From the IMG/VR virus record IMGVR_UViG_3300037424_000229, positions 1-30,901 of that record: a DNA stretch of 30,901 nt. The stretch is one strand, 5' to 3'. Position numbers and translations under genes: made by a program. How positions within the stretch are numbered: the stretch's first letter is position 1; every line of letters starts with the position of its first letter. The stretch comes from a virus. Taxonomy: Duplodnaviria > Caudoviricetes. The notes under the pieces are model-generated. The model saw nothing but the letters and a program-made list of their open reading frames with translations, ran no database searches and was not told the origin of the DNA. Shown here piece by piece: positions 24,699 through 30,901 of the stretch.

Positions 24699-25823
24699 AT
24701 GAGCTTGTACGAAACCAGATGGGGATTGTTCGCGTGGGGCTCGGCAACGAGCGCATGGGGATTTGCCGCGCCCACCGATCACGTCTATGTGGTGGACTCA
24801 GGCAACCATCGCGTTCAGGAATTCCTCGCGGATGGGACATACGTCTCCCAGTTCGGAAGCTACGGGTCGGCAGACGGCGAGTTCATCAACCCCTACGGGA
24901 TTGCCGACGACGGCGAGTTCCTGTACGTCACCGACTCGGGCAACAACCGCGTCCAGAAGTTCCAGTACGATGGCACGCACGTCCTGACGTTCGGCTCGAC
25001 CGGAACCGGAGAGGGGCAGTTCAACACCCCTATCGGGATAGCGGTAAACGACTCCTACATATTCGTCGTGGACTCGGGCAACAACCGCATCCAGATATTC
25101 ATGAAGGACGGGACGTTCCTCTTCGAGTTCGGAGAGTACGGCAGCGGATACCTTCAATTCAACGGGCCAACTGATATTGCGGTTGACGATACGAACATCT
25201 ACATCGAGGACGACGGCAATAGCAGAACAGTCATTGTGCCGCTCTCGGGCCTCGGGTGGGGTGCATACTGCGACGCTTTCACTGATGTGCCCGATGGGCA
25301 GGTTACGGCCTTATGTGGTGTTGTCGGATCCGTAGACGCGACTGCACCTATAGCACACGGCCTTGGGAAAGCCCTGAATGGTATTGTCGGGTCTGTAAAC
25401 GTAACACTGGACAACCCTGCGATAACCATAGACATGGGCGGGGCAGTAGAGGCGGAAGCGACCACACCGACCGGGCAGGCTACAGGGCTCTCTGGAATAG
25501 TCGGTAAGGTGGACGCTTTACTCACGAATCCAATTGGGCAGGCGTATGGACGTATAGACGAAGTGTGCTCGGTGGACGTGGAGGTGACAAGCCCGGGTGG
25601 CGTTGCCAAGGTCTTGTGCGGGGTAATCGGCTCCATCGACGCGCATGCAGCCCCTGCCACCGTGGTGTCCGGTAAGCTCTATGCCGGTGTTGTTGGCTCA
25701 GTGGAAGGTGAGGCGGATGTCCCGTCAACCGTGGTTACTGGAGGAGCCAGTGTTGAAGGCACCTGTGATGTTGAAATCGACTCACCGATAGGGTCGTGTT
25801 ATGCGGTGGAGGCTGCTGCATGA
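24699..25823 (+). CDS. NHL-repeat tail protein with Gly/Val-rich repetitive C-terminal half
   Basis: Four D(S/D)GN.R motifs with GxFxxPxxIA linkers. Confidence 0.85.
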   Translation: MSLYETRWGLFAWGSATSAWGFAAPTDHVYVVDSGNHRVQEFLADGTYVSQFGSYGSADGEFINPYGIADDGEFLYVTDSGNNRVQKFQYDGTHVLTFGSTGTGEGQFNTPIGIAVNDSYIFVVDSGNNRIQIFMKDGTFLFEFGEYGSGYLQFNGPTDIAVDDTNIYIEDDGNSRTVIVPLSGLGWGAYCDAFTDVPDGQVTALCGVVGSVDATAPIAHGLGKALNGIVGSVNVTLDNPAITIDMGGAVEAEATTPTGQATGLSGIVGKVDALLTNPIGQAYGRIDEVCSVDVEVTSPGGVAKVLCGVIGSIDAHAAPATVVSGKLYAGVVGSVEGEADVPSTVVTGGASVEGTCDVEIDSPIGSCYAVEAAA

Positions 25824-26296
25824 AGAAGGCCATTGCAATGAATACCAGCCATCTTGGCGTAAGCGAGTACACCAACTGGCCATTCAACTCCATGGCCACG
25901 TTCAATGGAAAGGTTCTTGCTGCCGATGGAAGCGGTCTTTACGAGATAGGCGGAGAAGTGGATGACGGTGAGGATGCGATCTCATGGAGGCTCAGGACGC
26001 ATTTCGCAGACCTGCATGATGAGGTTGTCCACCGTCCGCGCGAGGCCCGGGTCTCGTTCAGGTCATCGGGGCCGGATGATTTGACGTTCGTGCTGGTGGA
26101 AGAGGAAGGGACAGAGCGCGAGTACCAAGTTGCCTTTGACGACACACGAGTGAGCAAGGTCAACGACATGCGCGTGAAGTTTGCGAAGGGGCTCAGGGGT
26201 GGCAGGTACTGGGCTTTCGAAGTGAAAGGCTCGGTGAAAGCTGAGATTTTAAATATTGATGTGTTCGCGCACCCAGTACCGCATAGGAGGCGGTAG
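25820..26296 (+). CDS. Tail structural protein
   Basis: AMNT...VSEYTNWPFNSM...GLYEIGG and RVKFAKGL..RYW motifs; ATGA overlap. Confidence 0.75.
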   Translation: MKKAIAMNTSHLGVSEYTNWPFNSMATFNGKVLAADGSGLYEIGGEVDDGEDAISWRLRTHFADLHDEVVHRPREARVSFRSSGPDDLTFVLVEEEGTEREYQVAFDDTRVSKVNDMRVKFAKGLRGGRYWAFEVKGSVKAEILNIDVFAHPVPHRRR

Positions 26297-26299
26297 CCA

Positions 26300-28147
26300 A
26301 TGAGTGAAATATCAGAACAGCTAGCTAAAATGAAGGAAATAGCTGATAGTGCGCTTATCTCTGCGGATCAGATGCTGACAAATGCCGGATTCGCAGCGAC
26401 CGGACTCGCAAGCAGTTCGAGTATCGGACAGCTGGCGTCGGAACTGGAAGGCTTTGAGTACCCGGCATATCCAATATTCAGCTCGTCTGGTACGCCGGAC
26501 GCCCCTGAACTGGTAGAGCCTGATGCAGAAAAACCGGAGTTGCCGGAGATTGGCGATTACTCGTTCGATGTCATGGCGGTGCCGGATCCGCCTAATATGA
26601 GCTATGAAATATCCATGCCGGACGCTCCGTCCGGTGAGATCCCAGTGAACACTGCTACAAGGCCGATTCTCGACATTCCGGTAGCACCCCCGGTGATAGA
26701 GATAACCTTACCGGACGCTCCATCACTCACCGAACTGACGATTCCCGAGCCGCCGACGCTGGAGCTGCAAAGCTTTAGCGACGGTTTGGAATCAAGGAAT
26801 GTAGATCTGCCGAGCGAATCAGGATTCACCTACTCACCAGAGCGCTATGACTCCACGCTGAAACAGGCTCTCCAGGACTGGCTTGTCTACATGGTCAATA
26901 CTGGCGACGATGGACTGGGTGCCGGAGTTGAAGACGCGCTGTTCGAGCGAGATAGAAACCGCATGAAACAGGAGTACGACGATGCGGAGCAAAAGATAAA
27001 TGCCAACTGGGCTGGGCGCGGCTTCCCCGTGCCAAACGGGATGCTCCAATCAGCTCTCAGAAAGCTCAGATTTGAGCACTTCGGAAAGCGCGTGGAACAG
27101 TCGCGCGACATCGCCGTTAAGATGGCCGAGCTGGCCCAACTGAACAGGCAGTTTGCCGTACAGCAGGGTATCTCACTCGAAGGCATCCTGATCCAGAACC
27201 ACCAGGTGTTCTGCGAACTAACCATGCGCGCTCAGAAGACGGCATTCGACGTGTCCGTGGCGGTCTTTGATGCGAACGCGGCGCTCAGGAACCTTGAGCT
27301 TCTGGAGTATCGAGCGAAGCTTGAACAGTTCTCCATGCTGATCCAGAACGAGCAGTTGAAGCTCGTAGCCTACAAGACGCAGATCGAGGCGGAATCACTC
27401 AAGACCGAGACCAACAAGGCTTTGATGGTGGAGTACCAGGCTCTTGTGGATGCGCAGCTTGCGCGAATCAAGATCTACGAGGCACAGGTGGAAGCGTACA
27501 AGGCCCGCGGACAGATCGAGACGGTCAAGGCCGAGATGTACAGGATGGAGTTGCAAGCCTATGAGGCCGAGTTGTCGGCCACGAACGCGCGGTTCGGGCT
27601 CTACCGGACTCAGGTGGATGGTGAGACGGCCAAGGCGGCTGTGTACCGCTCTCAGGTAGAGGTATACGGCGTGCAGGTGGCAGGGTTCCGCGCACAGATT
27701 GATGCGAATACCGCTAACCTGAACGCTCAGCTCAGATCCGACGAGGCCAGGCTGAATCGCTTTAACTTTGAGATTGCAGCGTATATGAAGGATCTTGAGG
27801 CTGCCGCGGGCATCAACAGGAACCTCACCGACATCTATAGCGCTGAGTCCAATGTGTATAGGAGCCTCGTAGACCTCGACGTGGAGCAAGCGCGGGCGTT
27901 TTCCGAGCATGACAGGACACTTCGGAGCATTGCAAACGAGAATGTGAGGTTGAAGATCGAAGCAGTACAAGCGGAGTTGGAGCTGTTCAAGGTAGGGGCT
28001 CCGATAGAGGTAAAAGCGAAGATCGAGATTGCAAAGGTCTATGAGAGCCGCGCACAGGCAGCCCTGGAGAGCATAAATGCAGTGGTGCAGGAAGTCCACC
28101 AGGTAATAGAGTACGCAACTACACCTACACCTACACCTACGGTTTAA
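26300..28147 (+). CDS. Virion protein with Pro-rich N-half and long helical C-half
   Basis: 615 aa; WAGRGFPVPNGML motif; Y..QVEAY-type helical repeats. Confidence 0.75.
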   Translation: MSEISEQLAKMKEIADSALISADQMLTNAGFAATGLASSSSIGQLASELEGFEYPAYPIFSSSGTPDAPELVEPDAEKPELPEIGDYSFDVMAVPDPPNMSYEISMPDAPSGEIPVNTATRPILDIPVAPPVIEITLPDAPSLTELTIPEPPTLELQSFSDGLESRNVDLPSESGFTYSPERYDSTLKQALQDWLVYMVNTGDDGLGAGVEDALFERDRNRMKQEYDDAEQKINANWAGRGFPVPNGMLQSALRKLRFEHFGKRVEQSRDIAVKMAELAQLNRQFAVQQGISLEGILIQNHQVFCELTMRAQKTAFDVSVAVFDANAALRNLELLEYRAKLEQFSMLIQNEQLKLVAYKTQIEAESLKTETNKALMVEYQALVDAQLARIKIYEAQVEAYKARGQIETVKAEMYRMELQAYEAELSATNARFGLYRTQVDGETAKAAVYRSQVEVYGVQVAGFRAQIDANTANLNAQLRSDEARLNRFNFEIAAYMKDLEAAAGINRNLTDIYSAESNVYRSLVDLDVEQARAFSEHDRTLRSIANENVRLKIEAVQAELELFKVGAPIEVKAKIEIAKVYESRAQAALESINAVVQEVHQVIEYATTPTPTPTV

Positions 28148-28160
28148 ACAGGAGGCGACG

Positions 28161-29222
28161 ATGGGACTGAAAATAGATGAGATAGATCCTCGTAGAAGGA
28201 ACGTACATATGGATACGAGGATTGTGCCCGGGGTTCCTCCTCCCGACGCTGGAGCTGCGGCAGGCATAGCGGCGAACATCGGCCCCGACCCGAACGCGAG
28301 GCCGAAGCGCGGCCTGCAATATCCTGCCCCGCCGACCCCGAGCCAGGCAGCTTTGGCCTACGCCATGCCCACGGCTCCGGCCTCGGCCCCGGCAGTGCAA
28401 CAGCCTGCTCCGGCAGCGGCACAGCCAGGACAGCAGCCAGCGGCAGCACGGCCAAAGCGGCGCGGGATCGGGCCTCGCAACGTCACCACGAACCCTACGG
28501 AAGCCGATCTGAGGCAGTATGGATCGGGGCCGTCCTTTGTGCCTGGCAACCAGCAACAGGGTGGCGTTGATTACGGGATGGGCGCGGGCACGAGGTCTAT
28601 AGCAGGCACCATGGAGATGGACGCCTACACCATGGAGCCCACGATCAACGTCACTGGCACGCTGGACGAGCTGTTATCCAGCGCCATGAGGGTCGTGCAG
28701 TACAAGAGCAACCAGAACAGGCGAACCGCTACGTTCAAAACCCTGCTCGACACAAACGCGGGTTATGACATGGCCCGCATTGCCGGGCAGGTAAAGGACC
28801 GCGAGGGAGCCAGGCAGGCGGAAACAGACACGCGCCGCATACAGACAGAGGATACCCGGAGCCAGCGCGGGGAAGCGCTCGACCGTGATCGGCTGGCCCT
28901 CGACACCCGCGCGCAGGATCGTGCGCACGCAAACCGCCGCATCGATATGAGGCGCGAAGACGGGCAGAGCAGACAAAATCGCTTCACGCAAACATACACG
29001 CAGATACTGAAAACCCTCAAGGACAGCGCCGAGATCCAGGACATGACCGACGAGGAGGTGCAGAATGCGGCCATGAAACAGACAGAGGAAGCGATTCGGC
29101 GTGCCGACATGCAGATAGCCGATGCCCAGACGCGCGTTGCCGATCTCAGGGCGCAGATGAAGAATGACGGGTATACGGATGACGAGATCGAGACGATAAT
29201 ATTGAACGCAGGCATTTACTAG
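28161..29222 (+). CDS. Putative internal virion (ejection) protein
   Basis: AGGAGG SD; Pro/Ala/Gln-rich N-terminus, charged helical C-terminus; position. Confidence 0.7.
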   Translation: MGLKIDEIDPRRRNVHMDTRIVPGVPPPDAGAAAGIAANIGPDPNARPKRGLQYPAPPTPSQAALAYAMPTAPASAPAVQQPAPAAAQPGQQPAAARPKRRGIGPRNVTTNPTEADLRQYGSGPSFVPGNQQQGGVDYGMGAGTRSIAGTMEMDAYTMEPTINVTGTLDELLSSAMRVVQYKSNQNRRTATFKTLLDTNAGYDMARIAGQVKDREGARQAETDTRRIQTEDTRSQRGEALDRDRLALDTRAQDRAHANRRIDMRREDGQSRQNRFTQTYTQILKTLKDSAEIQDMTDEEVQNAAMKQTEEAIRRADMQIADAQTRVADLRAQMKNDGYTDDEIETIILNAGIY

Positions 29223-29240
29223 GCCGGCCAGGGAGAGCAC

Positions 29241-30901
29241 TTGGGCATATACGAAGACAGCCAGGGACAGGATGCCGACGAGATAGCGCCGGGGGTGCGC
29301 CTGAATGGGCGGCCTGACCCACGGACGTACCTTGAGCAGTACCGGAACCCTGTCAACGAGGCCATGGGCTCGGGTATCGACAGTATGGGCTCGGATGCCG
29401 ACGAGATAGCGCCGGGGGTGCGCCTGAATGGGCGGCCTGACCCACGGACGTACCTGAACAAGTACAGGGCGAAGGCACCAGAATCAACTCCCGTGCGCGC
29501 GGAACCCGAGCGGCAGGACAGTTCCATGCTCACAGAGCTTGGGCGCGGTTTCATGCGCGGCACGCACCAGGCCGTTGGCGCGCTCCACGGAATGAGGGCA
29601 ATCGCAAACACCATCGGCGAGGACGATACCGAGGACGTGCAGAGCGCGGTGGAGGGGTTCGAGTACCGGGAGCGCAAAGCAGCCGAGTACCAAGCGGCAG
29701 TGCCATCGTTCACCGATATTGAGGATGTAGGGACATTCGCGGAGTACGCAGCCGGGAAGCTTGGGGAACTCCTGCCATCCATCATCGAGACCGTGGCCTT
29801 TACCATGGGCGGGGCGGCTATCGGGGCCGCTGGCGGCAGTGCGGCAGGTCCGGCAGGAACCGGGGCCGGGGCCGTGAGCGGTGGGCTGGCAGGGCTTGCT
29901 GGCGGGGTGCTCAGGAAAAGCGCCCTTCGCGGGTTCGTCAAACAGCAGGTGAAAACCAACCTCAAGGGCGGGATGGAGCGCGCAGCAGCGATGCAGCTTG
30001 CCGAACGGCAGGCCAAAGACCTCACGATGCAGCAGGTGCAGCGTCTTGCGATCGGTCGCGCGAGGCAGCTTGGGGGTAACGCTGGCATGGCGGCAGGAGT
30101 GTTCCCGCTTGAGGCTGGCGGGAACATGATGGAGGCGTACCAGGAGACTGGCGAGATGAACCCCTACAGCGCTATTGCCACTGGCGCAGCCTCGACGGCG
30201 CTTGAGTTCGCGAAGGGGTTCTCAGGGCTAATAAGCGACCTCACGGCTGGTAAGGCGTTCAGGGAGGTGGCTCGGGATGTTGGGGAGGATGCGGCAGGCC
30301 GAGGACTCTCGGCATTCCTCAAGAAGCTCGGAAAGAACGCTGCGGAGCAAATCCCGGCTGAGTTCGGGCAGGAGTTTGGGCAGGAGTTCCTTTCGAACCT
30401 GAACACGTACCTGAACGATCCTGAAACACCCCTGTTCGACCGTGAATCCATTGTCCGGTATCTGGACGCCGGGTTTGCTGGTGCCCTTGGTGGTGGGGTG
30501 TTCACGGCAGTTGGAACAGCCTCAGACTTCATGGAGTCGCGTGGGAGAGACCGCAGAGAGGCGCGCAAGGAAATGCGCACCCAACTTGCGGAGGCTCAGG
30601 CGGCAGGGTTTATCTCGCCACTGGACGAGCCCATGAGGCTTGCAGCTCTCGCCGATGAGGAAGCAGCCGCGAGCGTGGCCGCCACGAGCCCGCAAAGTCC
30701 ATGGGAAGAGGCAGGGGCGACCGACGAAGAGCTTGACGCCGCCGACGTAAACGTGGGTGCGCGCGAGGGTGCCGCAGCCTTGGACGCTATGCGCGGAGGG
30801 GTGAACCCGGCAAGGGAGGCCCGCGGGCGCGGTGGACTCACGAATCAGAACGACATGCTGGCCGATATGCGCGCGGCGATGATCGAGAACGCAGACCGCG
30901 A
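29241..30901 (+). CDS. Very large internal virion/polyvalent-type protein, 5' part (runs off the window; not in the ORF track)
   Basis: TTG start after GGGAG SD; frame read by eye as LGIYEDSQGQDADEIAPG...LPSIIETVAFTMGGAAIGAAGG...; Gly/Ala-rich hydrophobic segments typical of ejected proteins. Confidence 0.75.
   Translation, partial: MGIYEDSQGQDADEIAPGVRLNGRPDPRTYLEQYRNPVNEAMGSGIDSMGSDADEIAPGVRLNGRPDPRTYLNKYRAKAPESTPVRAEPERQDSSMLTELGRGFMRGTHQAVGALHGMRAIANTIGEDDTEDVQSAVEGFEYRERKAAEYQAAVPSFTDIEDVGTFAEYAAGKLGELLPSIIETVAFTMGGAAIGAAGGSAAGPAGTGAGAVSGGLAGLAGGVLRKSALRGFVKQQVKTNLKGGMERAAAMQLAERQAKDLTMQQVQRLAIGRARQLGGNAGMAAGVFPLEAGGNMMEAYQETGEMNPYSAIATGAASTALEFAKGFSGLISDLTAGKAFREVARDVGEDAAGRGLSAFLKKLGKNAAEQIPAEFGQEFGQEFLSNLNTYLNDPETPLFDRESIVRYLDAGFAGALGGGVFTAVGTASDFMESRGRDRREARKEMRTQLAEAQAAGFISPLDEPMRLAALADEEAAASVAATSPQSPWEEAGATDEELDAADVNVGAREGAAALDAMRGGVNPAREARGRGGLTNQNDMLADMRAAMIENADR
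29270..29455 (+). repeat. Exact 63-bp direct repeat (29270-29332, 29393-29455)
   Basis: Identical GGATGCCGACGAGATAGCG...CGGACGTACCT, period 123 bp (in frame). Confidence 0.95.

Larger units (their letters stand above)
1..30901. mobile_element. Tailed dsDNA phage/prophage segment (podovirus-like morphogenesis order, lambdoid-type replication module)
   Basis: Colinear initiator, loader, RusA, TerS, TerL, portal, scaffold, capsid, adaptor, tail and internal-virion genes; no tape-measure, tail tube or full sheath gene seen; no host housekeeping genes. Confidence 0.95.

Noticed and set aside
29270-29455. Direct repeats as a CRISPR array or DGR template/variable pair
   Set aside because: Only two in-frame copies, 63 bp long, no adenine-specific mismatches, no cas or RT gene in the window

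Overview
A 30.9-kb piece of a tailed dsDNA bacteriophage or prophage, probably short-tailed (podovirus-like). The host is bacterial, judging by sigma70-type promoters and Shine-Dalgarno sites. From left to right it contains: the start of a leftward operon of small genes; a divergent control region with a Ner/Cro-like HTH gene and an RHH gene; a lambdoid-style replication module (DUF4373-like initiator with internal 21-bp-phased iterons, DnaC/IstB-like loader); RusA; a Zn-ribbon/HTH gene; TerS and TerL separated by four small genes; portal, scaffold, major capsid and decoration genes; a head-tail adaptor; tail genes with PKD and NHL modules; internal virion proteins; and the 5' part of a very large virion protein. 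The most notable unannotated signal is a candidate late-gene antitermination circuit. A 54-aa Mu Com-family zinc-finger gene (11367-11531, absent from the ORF track) lies between two intrinsic terminators, one in front of the portal gene and one in front of the scaffold/capsid genes. The 5' arm of each terminator overlaps a small competing AAGA-[4-bp stem]-GA hairpin whose arms are swapped between the two sites (GGAC/GTCC vs GTCC/GGAC). I saw no integrase, CI repressor, lysis gene, RT, tRNA or CRISPR array. All family calls come from recognising motifs by eye, not from database searches.
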